Source: a virus
Lineage: Duplodnaviria > Caudoviricetes
DNA length: 64,000 nucleotides
Virus record (IMG/VR): IMGVR_UViG_3300035454_001303
Coordinates: 1-64,000 of that record
Direction: 5' to 3' (one strand)
Shown: one piece after another, positions 36,101 through 46,213 of the stretch
Layout of the letters: each line of letters opens with the position of its first letter
How positions within the stretch are numbered: position 1 is the first letter of the stretch
Program-made: the position numbers and the translations under genes
Notes under the pieces: generated by a model
What the model was told of the DNA's origin: nothing
Database searches by the model: none
The model's input: only the letters and a program-made list of their open reading frames with translations

Positions 36101-37288
36101 ATGGCTTTTTTCGGTCTCTTCGGTGATAAGAAAAAAGACGAGTTCAAACAGTTTGAGAAGATTTTCAAACAGGTTTGGGCGAGGAAGAGCACCCGGCGTC
36201 AATCGGATAAGAGGGACGCATTTCTTACGCCTGATGTTTTGCGCCGGCGCCGCGAGCTTACCAAGAGCGGAAAGCAAAAGCTCATCCTTGATTTCGGGAC
36301 CAAGGGCGCGAAGGTATCCTATACCCTGTCCGATCTTAACCGCATGGCCATGGCTATGGATAAGGCCGAAGGGAAGTTCGGCGAGGCGACGAGGGGTGTC
36401 ACGGTTGCTGAGCTGTTGCGGTCTTCCAGGAAGGTGGATATTGAGAGGGCAAAGCAGATTACGAACTCGACCCTCTATAAATTCGATGGGTCAATATTGC
36501 TCTTCCGGGTACGCGCGGGAGATGACAGCGAGTACGCTTACCACCAGGTGAAGGTTCGCCTTGAGGACTGGGAGCATGAAGTCAGAGCCGGACAAGGCAA
36601 CGCATACTTGCCGGCAGCCACGAATGCAGCTCGTGGAAGAATATCATTCGACTGTGATTGTGGCCGACATCAATATTGGTATCGGTATCTTGCGACTATC
36701 GGCGGGTTTGCTTTGGACCCCAAAGAATTCGCTTTCCCGAAGATCCGAAACCCGAAGTTGCAGGGATGTTGCTGCAAACACGTGATCAAGACCTTGGCCG
36801 TTCTTCAGACGCCGTTTGTGCAAAGCCGAATCGCCCTGGAGATGAAAGATCAGGCTCAGAAGAAAGGGTGGTTCAGCCGTCTTTTGAACGGAGATCGCCC
36901 GACCGAAACCTTTATGCAGGGGGAGGATCTTCAGGCTTCGGAAGCCAGTGGGAATGTCGATATCCAAAAGGCATTCACCGACATGAAAAAGGCCCGCAGG
37001 AGCTTCGGGCAAAAGATGAAGGACCTCTTGAGAGGGAGGCCAAGAAAGGCGGAAAAGAAAGTGGACATCACCGGAAAGGGGACTGTGGCCGAGACCGTGG
37101 CAAAGAAGGAGATCGGCAAGAGGCGAGAACTCGAACGGGACATGGCTATTCAGAAAATGGCGACGGGCCTTGCGGTTAAAATCTACCGAGATGGAATGAA
37201 ACGAGCCGAAGCCATAAAATCATATGCCAAAGAAAACAAGCTTGATCTCAGTGAGGCCAATGAGATGGCCAAGCAAGTCAATATATAG
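36101..37288 (+). CDS. P1 gp25-like tail protein
   Basis: GRISFDCDCGRHQYWYRY...KEFAFPKIRNP...CCKHV. Confidence 0.85.
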   Translation: MAFFGLFGDKKKDEFKQFEKIFKQVWARKSTRRQSDKRDAFLTPDVLRRRRELTKSGKQKLILDFGTKGAKVSYTLSDLNRMAMAMDKAEGKFGEATRGVTVAELLRSSRKVDIERAKQITNSTLYKFDGSILLFRVRAGDDSEYAYHQVKVRLEDWEHEVRAGQGNAYLPAATNAARGRISFDCDCGRHQYWYRYLATIGGFALDPKEFAFPKIRNPKLQGCCCKHVIKTLAVLQTPFVQSRIALEMKDQAQKKGWFSRLLNGDRPTETFMQGEDLQASEASGNVDIQKAFTDMKKARRSFGQKMKDLLRGRPRKAEKKVDITGKGTVAETVAKKEIGKRRELERDMAIQKMATGLAVKIYRDGMKRAEAIKSYAKENKLDLSEANEMAKQVNI

Positions 37289-37299
37289 GAGGGGGCGAT

Positions 37300-38118
37300 A
37301 TGAAGGCACGTGATTACAGAGACTTCAACAAGGCAATGTCGGAAGATTTCATGGTATTTGTCCGGTCTCATCCCGACGCCTTCGATATTCTTCTTTTCAA
37401 GCCAGATCCGGAGTCCCTTGAAAAAGTGGCAGTCGATCAGGATGTGGTCGGCGCCCTGGAATCAGAGGAAAGGTCCCTCGAATATCTTGACCCCATTATG
37501 ACCAAGGCCGTCTTAATTCCGGATGAATTCCCCTTCGGAGCTGTGGACGCGGGCGGGGAGCCGGATGGAAATATGGAACAGCCGGTAGCTCTCTTGATAG
37601 CTGACCCCGAGGTTCCGAAGCAATGTGTAGTTCAATACCGCGAGTATATCAACGACACGGATGTCAGGGTTGTCTCTCTCTATGTGCTGAGAAGCGAAAT
37701 CATAGGCGAGGCCCCCGGTGTCTGCGAAAAGCATTACTGTGTTCCTTTCCAGGTCTTTGATTACGAGTTCATCGAGCCTCCCCTGAACGAACAGCCGGAA
37801 GACGAGTGCGATGGAATCGGAGAGACGCCAGCGCTACAGGCAAGCGAATTCGTTGTACATGGAGCGAACGATACGCACGGAAAGAGTCAATGGCAGATCC
37901 GGTCCGATGGCGGGACCTATGACGATCCGGTTTACGATAGCCAGGCAAGTGCGGATTTGAGAAGCCATACCATACCGGCAGGAAACCTTGAGGCCGATCA
38001 TGCCTATTTCTGGCGTGTCAGGTATCGGGGTGCTGCGGGTGATGAGGAAGGTGAAGAGGCAGCATGGTCTGATTGGTCCGAAGAGACAATCTTTTCCACG
38101 ATGGAGGCATTTGAATGA
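37300..38118 (+). CDS. P1 gp7-like neck/tail protein with C-terminal Fn3/Ig-like domain
   Basis: N-term HPDAFDILL similar to recalled gp7 and syntenic (26-25-7-24-6-5); C-term SQWQI...YFWRVRY...WSDWS. Confidence 0.7.
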   Translation: MKARDYRDFNKAMSEDFMVFVRSHPDAFDILLFKPDPESLEKVAVDQDVVGALESEERSLEYLDPIMTKAVLIPDEFPFGAVDAGGEPDGNMEQPVALLIADPEVPKQCVVQYREYINDTDVRVVSLYVLRSEIIGEAPGVCEKHYCVPFQVFDYEFIEPPLNEQPEDECDGIGETPALQASEFVVHGANDTHGKSQWQIRSDGGTYDDPVYDSQASADLRSHTIPAGNLEADHAYFWRVRYRGAAGDEEGEEAAWSDWSEETIFSTMEAFE

Positions 38119-38843
38119 GCAACGAATTTTCCGAGCTGCAGGCCGTTGATTTCGGTCTCGGGGCCTTTATAGCGGCGGCCTTTTCCGGGTTGAATGCACA
38201 AGCGGGGCCGAAAGAATTCCGGGAATTCCTGGGCAGACCGACAAACAGGAAAATCTACCGGCACGACGCGAACACCCCGGAAGAATTTCTGAAGGCATAC
38301 CGTAGCGCGAAGGCAGCCGAAAAGACGGTAGGGGGCGCAAAAGCGAATCTGATTGAATTGCCCCTCATCTACTACTTCCGGAAGCCGGGCCTGACCAATG
38401 GGACAGATAAGGAGGTAACGAGGCGCGGGCGCTTCATGTTCTCTGAAGGGGATGAGCCGAATGCCTATAAATTCACAGTCATTCCTTTGGTTCTTGATTA
38501 CAGGCTGTTCTTTCTCGCCTGGGATAAGCCAAGCCTCGATAAACTACAGCTTGCCTGGTATGCCTATGCCGTGAGGAATGACAAATTCACGTGCAGGTAT
38601 CAGATCGGCAGCAATGCGGATGTGTTTGAGGTTCCCGCGTATCTACTGGACCACAAGTCCCTTCTGTGTGCCGATGAAAGCGTGGCGCCCGGGCAGGATA
38701 TGAGCCGGGTCTATGCCGTGTCGACCGGGATGCAGATCGCCACGGATGTCATCTTTGGCGCTGGTGTGGATGTCCCTGAAGAGTTTGCAATCCAAGGGGC
38801 GCTCTCCAGCCTGACCAACTATGGAGACCCATCAAATGGCTGA
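38115..38843 (+). CDS. P1 gp24-like tail completion protein
   Basis: Synteny; EFLKAYR...LPLIYYFR; C-term A.STGMQIATDV. Confidence 0.65.
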   Translation: MSNEFSELQAVDFGLGAFIAAAFSGLNAQAGPKEFREFLGRPTNRKIYRHDANTPEEFLKAYRSAKAAEKTVGGAKANLIELPLIYYFRKPGLTNGTDKEVTRRGRFMFSEGDEPNAYKFTVIPLVLDYRLFFLAWDKPSLDKLQLAWYAYAVRNDKFTCRYQIGSNADVFEVPAYLLDHKSLLCADESVAPGQDMSRVYAVSTGMQIATDVIFGAGVDVPEEFAIQGALSSLTNYGDPSNG

Positions 38844-39840
38844 GCTTGTGAATCAGGAAGACTTCCTTCTGCAGAAGGTGAAGTTGATCAGAAACGGCAC
38901 CGAAGCCGGGGTATTTGACTTGTCCTTCCTGAAGGAAGTGACCTTCGTGGAGACAGTTGACCTATCAGGTCCCCGCCTCATAATGACCTTTGACGACACG
39001 CATTCCATTATCCGGGACAGCATGAAGGTTAAGGAAAAGGATGTCCTTGAGATCAGGATTGCCGACGTGTGGGAACGCGACGGAATTGATCAGACAATTC
39101 AGTTCGTAGTATGGACGATGCCGAATGCGGGAAGCTCGATAACGCTGAACTGTATGCAGCGAAACGTTGACCTTCTGAAGACGCCTGCGAAAGAGACTAT
39201 CCTTTTCCCGAAGAAACCTGTCGAGACCATCCTGAAACGCCTTGCGCCAGGTCTCAAGTATGACGTTGGGAACTTTCCGGCCCTTGAAGACTACCACCTC
39301 TTGCCGGGTGAGCGCCCGACAAGACTCTTGCGACAAATGGCAAAAGAGAAGGCAGGATTATGCTTCTATCGGCGGGGTTCAATCGTTTTCCGAAAGCTCT
39401 CAGAGTTGGCAAAGAAGGAAGCGAAGCACACCTTTGAGTATGACAACCCCACGGCAAAGAACCAGATCATTTATTTCACGCGGGAAAACTCCAAGGCGGT
39501 TATCAAGGATAGAGTCGAGCGCAATATCATCGGCTGGGACATGGTGAAGGGCCTTGTGAAGTCGGGAAAGAAGACGACGAAACCGCCTGAATTTGTCTCC
39601 GTCTTCAATCAGCCGACCATGAGCGGGCTGTTGGAGATCCCTTTCCCGTCCATTGATTTCATCACTTTGGGGAACGGGGCGCTTGTCCCGGGCCTCCCTC
39701 TTTCCATAAAGTGGAACATCAACAAGATCGACGCGCCAATTGACGAGAGCTTGCCGGCGAAGGTCGTCATAGGCACGGTATCCCACTATTACTCGGCGCA
39801 AAAATACTTTTGCAGAATCAAGGGGGTGCTTCCCGCATGA
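38836..39840 (+). CDS. P1 gp6-like baseplate hub protein
   Basis: YHLLPGERPTRLLRQMAKEKAGLCFYRRG...FEYDNP; IDESLP. Confidence 0.75.
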   Translation: MAELVNQEDFLLQKVKLIRNGTEAGVFDLSFLKEVTFVETVDLSGPRLIMTFDDTHSIIRDSMKVKEKDVLEIRIADVWERDGIDQTIQFVVWTMPNAGSSITLNCMQRNVDLLKTPAKETILFPKKPVETILKRLAPGLKYDVGNFPALEDYHLLPGERPTRLLRQMAKEKAGLCFYRRGSIVFRKLSELAKKEAKHTFEYDNPTAKNQIIYFTRENSKAVIKDRVERNIIGWDMVKGLVKSGKKTTKPPEFVSVFNQPTMSGLLEIPFPSIDFITLGNGALVPGLPLSIKWNINKIDAPIDESLPAKVVIGTVSHYYSAQKYFCRIKGVLPA

Positions 39841-40667
39841 CCGACGAACGACCGAAAGGGCAGCAGCAGAACCGGTTTTATGGTGACTACATTGCCGTAG
39901 TCGAGAGCGTGAGCGATCCGGAGAACCTTATGCGGGTTCAGGTGCGCGTCTATGGCGTCTTCACGGACAAGGTTCCCAAGGCAGATTTGCCATGGGCGGA
40001 GTATCTTTTACCCATCGGAGCAAGGACCAATGACGGGTATTTTACTCCTGTCGATGTAGGCGACTATGTGTGGGTGCGCTTTCCTTATGACGGCGACACC
40101 AGGCGGCCCATGATCGTCGGTTCGGTCCATCATGCGCCAAGCAAGATCCCAAGTTTCCCCCATGAGTCGTTTGCGGGATCCGAAAAGCTGACCCATAAGA
40201 CGACCGGCGAAGAGCCGGCGCCCGCAGCGGCGGAATATCACAAAAACTGTGTCTATACTCAGCACGGCATAACCATAGAGGTCAATGCAGACAAGTCCGT
40301 CTCCATCACCCAGCGGGCAACCGGAACGGCGATCCGCGTATCTCCCCAAGGGGACATCACGCTACACGGCGAAAAGAACATCTTCATGTCGGCTATTGAA
40401 AACCTGAAAGTGATCGTGGAAGGAAACGCACAATTTGACGTGTCCGGGAAAGCCGATGTCACAGTACGGGAGACGTGCAACCTGAAGGCCATGGATGCCG
40501 TCACGGTAAATTCAGATGCCTCCGTGTCCATCGTGGGGGCCGAATCGGTGTCAATCGACGGTGGCACCGGGGACCTTGAAGGAGTCATCACAGGAAAGAG
40601 CGTTTGCCCTCTGACCGGCAAGCCCCACAGTGATCCCAGCACGAACGTCAAGGCGTCTCACGGATAA
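39837..40667 (+). CDS. Baseplate spike (P1 gp5/gpV-like)
   Basis: OB-fold YIAVVESVSDPENLMRVQVRV...LPWAE...GDYVWVRF..GD.RRPMIVG; beta-helix repeats; C-term CPLTGKPH. Confidence 0.88.
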   Translation: MTDERPKGQQQNRFYGDYIAVVESVSDPENLMRVQVRVYGVFTDKVPKADLPWAEYLLPIGARTNDGYFTPVDVGDYVWVRFPYDGDTRRPMIVGSVHHAPSKIPSFPHESFAGSEKLTHKTTGEEPAPAAAEYHKNCVYTQHGITIEVNADKSVSITQRATGTAIRVSPQGDITLHGEKNIFMSAIENLKVIVEGNAQFDVSGKADVTVRETCNLKAMDAVTVNSDASVSIVGAESVSIDGGTGDLEGVITGKSVCPLTGKPHSDPSTNVKASHG

Positions 40668-40689
40668 CTATCCCCGCAATTCTCAGAAA

Positions 40690-40722
40690 CCTGCGTTTTT
40701 CTGCCATAATCCTGCGTTTTTC
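40690..40722 (+). repeat. Direct repeat upstream of the major capsid gene
   Basis: CCTGCGTTTTTC at 40690 and 40711 (21-bp period). Confidence 0.45.
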
Positions 40723-40856
40723 CCATATTTCAATTAATCTCGCTTCACCTTAACCTTCCTTCAAAGGCCCATTTTCTATGCGGCAACCCCCGCGCCGCGA
40801 TTGGAGGAACGAGCAAACGATCAAAACAGTCATGAGAAATGGAGGTTAAGGGTGAA

Positions 40857-42464
40857 ATGAAAGAATATCATGAGCGAGTAAAGGCGGTCACGGAAAAGGC
40901 GAACCATCTCAGAGATGTGCTGTTGGTTCCGGTCTTCGACACGGCGACCGGCAAATTCATCAACGATCATCGGGCAAGGGCAGAACGCTTGGAGTCCGTG
41001 ACGAAATCGAGCATCTTTGAAGGACTCGGAAAGGGCGCGGCCACGATTCAGGCGACCTGGTCAAACGCGCTTCGTCAGTATTGCAACCAGCGCGGCCAAA
41101 TGCCGTCCGACGAGCTGCTTGCCAGCGCTCATCAGGCAATTGAGAATGCCATCTTCGCGACGGCGGGCAAGGGAAGGCAGGATATCGGCGGCCTGATCCT
41201 TGAGGCGGCGAACATCTCTACAACGGAAGGCATCCTCATGCGGGATCGCATGGTGGCACTCATCCTGCCCGTTATGCTCCTTTCCGTTACCGGGAACATC
41301 GTTTCGTACATCCCCGGGACCTTCAACCAGAGCGAAATCTTCAAGATCTGGAGGGTGGCAGCCAGCACGTTCGGAGACCTGTCGTCCGGCGACAAGATTA
41401 CCCATAGCTTTGCCGGCCAGTATTCCAGCATGGACCAGCGGTTCCTTACCGGAACTGGCAATGGGACGAAAACCGGGTCCTCGAACGAGTTCGATCTGAA
41501 TTCCAACTCCAAGTGGGGCGGAATCAGGCCGTTCAAGAAAAAATCCATCAAGATTCTTCACGACAGAAATATCGTGGCAAAGGATGATGGTGCGAACGCC
41601 CTGCACGGAAGCTTTGTTGTTGGCGGCTCCACCATAACCGTTACCGGTACGGTCAATTACGCTTCTGGTATCGTTCACCCCGTCTTCTCCACGGCGCCGG
41701 CGAATGGCATCGAAGTGCATGTCTGCATTGACATCGACATCGAAAAAGACCCGACCCTTATCCCTGCGGTAAACCACGAGATGGATTCTCGCACAGTCTA
41801 TCCGCACGAATCGGCCATTGAAGCGAGCACTACGCTCCAGTCCCTGTGGGCTCTGCGACGCGAGCTTAACCTTAATGCCGACAGTATGGCCATGCTCGCC
41901 ATGAGAAACCTTCTGAGCGCGGACAAGGACCGCAAGCACCTTGCCGACATGTACTTCTACATGAAGGGTCAGAAATCCTGGAACATGCACGTGCCCGACA
42001 GTACCTATTTCCAGGAACATTACGAGACGGTCAAACAGACCTTGCTCGAAATCGATGCGGTGCTCATGGCGCAAACCGGTACGTCCGGCCTTGTCGGGAT
42101 CGTCGCGGACTCCAAGTCCGCCGTCCTGTTCAAGAGCATGAAGGAGCCGAACTTTGTTCCCGCTCCCGGATATGCCCGGATTCCCCAGCCTCACTATGTC
42201 GGGAAGCTCTTCGGCATGTGGGATCTGTATGAGGATCCGCAACGGTCCACAGACTACAGCAGCCTTTGCTACGCGAAGGGCAAGAGCATCGGCGAAGCGG
42301 GCTATATTGCTGGGGATGCCATTCCCGCAATGGCTTTCAAGCACGCCATGCAGAGCGATCTGAAGTACGAAAACACGCTGTGGGAGCTGGCCTATCGCGA
42401 TCTGAACCCGTTTGACGGTCGCGAATATTTCATGGAGTTGGCCATCACCGATACGGCGGTATAA
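40857..42464 (+). CDS. Major capsid protein, P1 gp23-like
   Basis: IQATWSNALRQY...ELLASAHQAIEN...ILPVML; YEDP; position ahead of the sheath gene. Confidence 0.85.
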   Translation: MKEYHERVKAVTEKANHLRDVLLVPVFDTATGKFINDHRARAERLESVTKSSIFEGLGKGAATIQATWSNALRQYCNQRGQMPSDELLASAHQAIENAIFATAGKGRQDIGGLILEAANISTTEGILMRDRMVALILPVMLLSVTGNIVSYIPGTFNQSEIFKIWRVAASTFGDLSSGDKITHSFAGQYSSMDQRFLTGTGNGTKTGSSNEFDLNSNSKWGGIRPFKKKSIKILHDRNIVAKDDGANALHGSFVVGGSTITVTGTVNYASGIVHPVFSTAPANGIEVHVCIDIDIEKDPTLIPAVNHEMDSRTVYPHESAIEASTTLQSLWALRRELNLNADSMAMLAMRNLLSADKDRKHLADMYFYMKGQKSWNMHVPDSTYFQEHYETVKQTLLEIDAVLMAQTGTSGLVGIVADSKSAVLFKSMKEPNFVPAPGYARIPQPHYVGKLFGMWDLYEDPQRSTDYSSLCYAKGKSIGEAGYIAGDAIPAMAFKHAMQSDLKYENTLWELAYRDLNPFDGREYFMELAITDTAV

Positions 42465-42467
42465 ATC

Positions 42468-42519
42468 TGCCGGGATAGCCCGCCCGTGATCTTGCGGGCG
42501 GGTTTATCCCTTTCGGCAG
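42468..42519 (+). terminator. Long hairpin after the capsid gene (terminator or processing site)
   Basis: CTGCCG-GGATA-GCCCGCCCG...CGGGCGGGT-T-TATCCC-TTT-CGGCAG. Confidence 0.5.
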
Positions 42520-42531
42520 AAGGAGGCCAAC

Positions 42532-42984
42532 ATGAAAATTAAGTTCGATAATAACAGCGTGTCGGGCGTCAACCGGAAATACCGGGGGTTCGTTCTCGAC
42601 ATACCCGGTCATTCATCGCAAGAAATTGATGTTCCTCCGCAATACGTCAAAGATGTCCTCTCCTATCTGAGCTACAGGCACCCTGCAGTTATCTGCACCT
42701 CCGTTGTCGAAGAGAAAGACGAAGCACCCCAGTCAACGGAAATGGATTCCGTTGCGAGTCAAGCAGAGGAACCGACGACGGGTGAATCGGAGCCCGATGC
42801 GGAAACCGGCGAGGAAACGGCGGGATCGGGCAATACCGAAGAAGGGGCCGTAACAGACAGCCAGGACGTACAGGGCGAGGCAGAGGCGAAAGACGTTGCT
42901 CCCAAGGTGAAACCGGGATCGGCGACGAAGGAGGCCGGGAAAGGCGATAAGAAGAAAAACAAAAAGAGTGGAGGTAAGAAATGA
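42532..42984 (+). CDS. Hypothetical virion-associated protein
   Basis: GGAGG SD; folded N-term, acidic linker, Lys-rich end; lies between capsid and sheath genes. Confidence 0.6.
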   Translation: MKIKFDNNSVSGVNRKYRGFVLDIPGHSSQEIDVPPQYVKDVLSYLSYRHPAVICTSVVEEKDEAPQSTEMDSVASQAEEPTTGESEPDAETGEETAGSGNTEEGAVTDSQDVQGEAEAKDVAPKVKPGSATKEAGKGDKKKNKKSGGKK

Positions 42985-44852
42985 AATCAATCATCACGAA
43001 TGCCGCCGAAATCACCGTCCTGCGGCTGATTGACAATACATATAAGACGGGCGGCGGCCCCGTGTCCGTTGGTGCTACGGTGGTAGTTGCCAGCAAGGGG
43101 CCTGTCGGAAAAGTGACCCAAGTGCGTGACGACAACTGGCAGGATTTGTTCGGCAAGCCGCTCCCCAAGCGATCAAGCTTTATGGAAGGGCTCCGCCATT
43201 TGTCGGATGCCGTCCAGAATTGCAATTATGTCAACGTCGTGCGCGTAGTCCACGACGATGCGAAATTCCCGTCCCTGTTGGTCAAGCTGATCAGCTACCA
43301 CGGCGAATGGACCTCCGGGCACGCCTATGTTGCTGGCGATGTCGTCACGAAAAGCAACGTCAAGTATATCTGCGTTCTTGCTCATACCGCATCCGAGGAA
43401 AACGACCCCCCCAATGTGACGAACTGGGCAGTTTTTACAAGCTCCCTCGAAGTTGGGCAGACCTCCGGTTCCAATGGTCATCCCTACGGGACGACTCTTT
43501 CCTTGGGGAACGGCTACGTCCTGGAGATCTGGCCCATTGACGGAGATCCGAGCACGAACAGGTCGTTCGAGATCGCGAACGTCATTACCGAAAAGGGCGC
43601 CTGGGTCACCGCAACAGCCTATGAAGTCAATGATGTGATCACCGTGACGGGCGGGAAGCTCATCTGCACAACCGCGCACACCTCTTCAGGAGATGCCCCG
43701 ACCTTGGCCGTTCCTACCACGAGTTGGAAGGCGTACAAGGGCGAGTATGATCAGCGCTTCACCTTGAACATCTACGACAAGGATGACAATGGCGACGAGT
43801 ACCTTCTCGAAACTTACTTGGCCGGCATTGCCCCCACGGACAAAGACGACATGGGGCGTCCCGCGTTCATCGAAACCGTCCTGGAACAGAACAGCGACCG
43901 GTTCCGGTGCAACATTGATGAGACGCTTACATGGAGTGCGATCAAAGACAGTCTGAAGTATGCCGGAAAGACCGCATTTGTGGGCGGGACGAACGGAAGC
44001 GACCCGGAAACCGAAGACTGGATTGCCGCGTGGGATCTGTTCAGAAATGAAACCTTCCTTTGCAACCTCATGTTTGCAGCCGGCGTCTACGACGAAGACG
44101 TGCTCGCAAACTGCATTGATATCGCGGGTGAGCGGCATTGCTCGTTCTTCTTCGATGTCAACCCGAACCTTCAGTCCGATCAGGCCATTGCATGGATCAA
44201 GGGAACGGGCCTCGAAAACCGGCAGGCAGCCGTTTATTACTGCCCCTTTTCCGCCAATGATCGTTGGTATGGCGGAAAGACGGTTTGGGGAGCCTCTGGT
44301 GCCGCCGCAAACGCTTGCGCGAAGGGCGACGCGAACATGACCGGAGCCATTCCCGGTATCCATTACGCGCCTGCGGGAATCAACAGGGGTATGCTTGAGC
44401 GCACGGGCGTAAAAGCCCTCTACCCCGAGGATGTCATTAACCGCGATGATTTCTACGATGCGCGGATCAACCCCATCGTGGCCAGCGAGTCGAGTGGCGG
44501 GGCCATGATTGATGACTGTCTGACGATCCATTACAAACAGAATTACAGCCGGTTCATTTGGGTCAACCGAATCGCGAACTACATCGATCACCGCTTCGTA
44601 GAAGGGGCGGCCTACATGAAGTTCGAGCCGGATGGATTGACCAGGCAGGGCCTCACCAGACTGACGAAGGAGATCCTTGATCAGCTCGTTACGTCCGGTG
44701 CGTTGGTTACCCCCCGCGATTCGGCTGACGGCAACCAGCCTTACAAGCTGGTCGTCAAACAGGAAGAGATCGACCTGTGGCTCGTGACTTGGGATTTCTG
44801 TCCGACCGGCGCGGCTCGCCGTATCGCCGGACAGCCGAGACTCATTAAATAA
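42981..44852 (+). CDS. Contractile tail sheath, P1 gp22-like, with two CBM5/12-like inserts
   Basis: YAPAG.NRG, RINPI, VNRIANYI, FEPDG, CPTGAARRI; inserts W..G.AY..GDVV...KYIC..AHT. Confidence 0.9.
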   Translation: MKSIITNAAEITVLRLIDNTYKTGGGPVSVGATVVVASKGPVGKVTQVRDDNWQDLFGKPLPKRSSFMEGLRHLSDAVQNCNYVNVVRVVHDDAKFPSLLVKLISYHGEWTSGHAYVAGDVVTKSNVKYICVLAHTASEENDPPNVTNWAVFTSSLEVGQTSGSNGHPYGTTLSLGNGYVLEIWPIDGDPSTNRSFEIANVITEKGAWVTATAYEVNDVITVTGGKLICTTAHTSSGDAPTLAVPTTSWKAYKGEYDQRFTLNIYDKDDNGDEYLLETYLAGIAPTDKDDMGRPAFIETVLEQNSDRFRCNIDETLTWSAIKDSLKYAGKTAFVGGTNGSDPETEDWIAAWDLFRNETFLCNLMFAAGVYDEDVLANCIDIAGERHCSFFFDVNPNLQSDQAIAWIKGTGLENRQAAVYYCPFSANDRWYGGKTVWGASGAAANACAKGDANMTGAIPGIHYAPAGINRGMLERTGVKALYPEDVINRDDFYDARINPIVASESSGGAMIDDCLTIHYKQNYSRFIWVNRIANYIDHRFVEGAAYMKFEPDGLTRQGLTRLTKEILDQLVTSGALVTPRDSADGNQPYKLVVKQEEIDLWLVTWDFCPTGAARRIAGQPRLIK

Positions 44853-44864
44853 GGAGGATAGGAT

Positions 44865-45512
44865 ATGTTTGGAATGAACGAAGCGAATGAAATCTTTGGC
44901 GATCTCATTCTTGAGAGGGCCTCTGAAGACCGCAAGATCTTCGAGGAAGCCGCCGATGCCGGATCAATCGAAGATTTCGCAAAGAAGCAGTTGCGCTCCC
45001 AAGCAATGGCGTGCTGCCTCGGATGGATTGATGCGGGTGACTATTCTTTCGGGGCTCTTGCCGATTCCGTGGCAACGATTGCCGATCTGGATGGGGATGA
45101 AGAATATACCCCCGATGAGGAAGCCTACTACAATGAACTTCTGACCGAAGTCGGTTATGCACTGACCGCGTTGGGTGCCGATGCCGGCAACGTTCAATCT
45201 TTCATCGAGAATGAAGACGACGAAGAGGGCGCGAAGCTGGGAGCCTTTTTGTCTGAGAAGATGCAGAGTGTCGAAGATGACGACGAGACCCTCATCGGAA
45301 ATTATGCCGTCAGCGATCAACCGATCATGGAATCCATGATCAAGGTTGTGCGAGGCGGCAAGATTGTCCTGAAAAAGAAGCGGCTTCGCAGGGTCAAACT
45401 GTCGGCGGCACAGCGGGCGGGCCTCAAAGCTGCCCGTCGCAAGGCGTTTACCGGGGCCGCGAAACTGCACCGGGCGAAATCAATGAGACTGCGGCGTAAA
45501 AGAGGGATCTAA
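44865..45512 (+). CDS. P1 gp21-like protein
   Basis: Acidic body and basic tail KVVRGG.IVLKKKR...LSAAQRAGLKAARRKA..GAAK..RAKSMRLRRKRG. Confidence 0.75.
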   Translation: MFGMNEANEIFGDLILERASEDRKIFEEAADAGSIEDFAKKQLRSQAMACCLGWIDAGDYSFGALADSVATIADLDGDEEYTPDEEAYYNELLTEVGYALTALGADAGNVQSFIENEDDEEGAKLGAFLSEKMQSVEDDDETLIGNYAVSDQPIMESMIKVVRGGKIVLKKKRLRRVKLSAAQRAGLKAARRKAFTGAAKLHRAKSMRLRRKRGI

Positions 45513-46196
45513 GTGGCCCTTACGGATGCTGAAAAGAAGTCCGCCCAAGGGAAGGCCGGTAGCCTTCAAATCTTCGGGAATGCCGACGAAAAGGTGAGCC
45601 CGTACTTGAAGGCGTGGGTTTCCCAGCCGGATGAAGAAAGCAAGCTGAGCGTCTGCGTGGTCGGATTGATAGGGCCGGGAACAACTCGGTCCCTACAGGC
45701 CAATTGGAACAGCCCTTTCGAGCAAAGCAACCTCGGGGGGATGTTTGAGAAGACAGGCGGGCTCCTTCAGGCGACGACCGAAAAGACATCCGTGACAACT
45801 CTCTCTTCGACTCAAATTTGGGAGGGGAACAGGCCACACACCTTCAACCTGACCCTTTCCTTCTACGCCATAAGCAATGCGCTGAAGGAAGTGATGTATC
45901 CCCTTCGCGAGCTTGAAAGAATGATGGGGCCGAATGTGGCGGCGGGAGATCCGAACGCTGGCGGTGTGATGGAGCTTGTCAAGAGCGCTATACCAGCGGG
46001 CCGAATACCGCTTCCTGTCATTCTGAATATCGGTCGGCGAATGCTGATCCCCAACTGCGTGATCGAATCCATGTCCGTTCCTTTGGACAAGGAGAGAACC
46101 AAGGAAGGGTATCTGGTGAGAGCCGATGCAACTTTGTCTATATCCACAAAGGTCATGCTCAATAAGGAAAATATTGGAACGACATGGCCTCAATAA
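45513..46196 (+). CDS. pmgG: P1 PmgG-like tail/baseplate protein
   Basis: NWNSPFE...QIWEG..PHTFNL...IP..VILNIGRR; synteny. Confidence 0.7.
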   Translation: MALTDAEKKSAQGKAGSLQIFGNADEKVSPYLKAWVSQPDEESKLSVCVVGLIGPGTTRSLQANWNSPFEQSNLGGMFEKTGGLLQATTEKTSVTTLSSTQIWEGNRPHTFNLTLSFYAISNALKEVMYPLRELERMMGPNVAAGDPNAGGVMELVKSAIPAGRIPLPVILNIGRRMLIPNCVIESMSVPLDKERTKEGYLVRADATLSISTKVMLNKENIGTTWPQ

Positions 46197-46213
46197 AGAA
46201 AGGAGACACGTAA

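Noticed and set aside
41061-42344. Long antisense ORFs (also 32118..33059, 43686..44591, 48648..50258, 58862..59962, 62107..63075)
   Set aside because: They are shadows of well-supported genes on the opposite strand, with atypical composition and no motifs.
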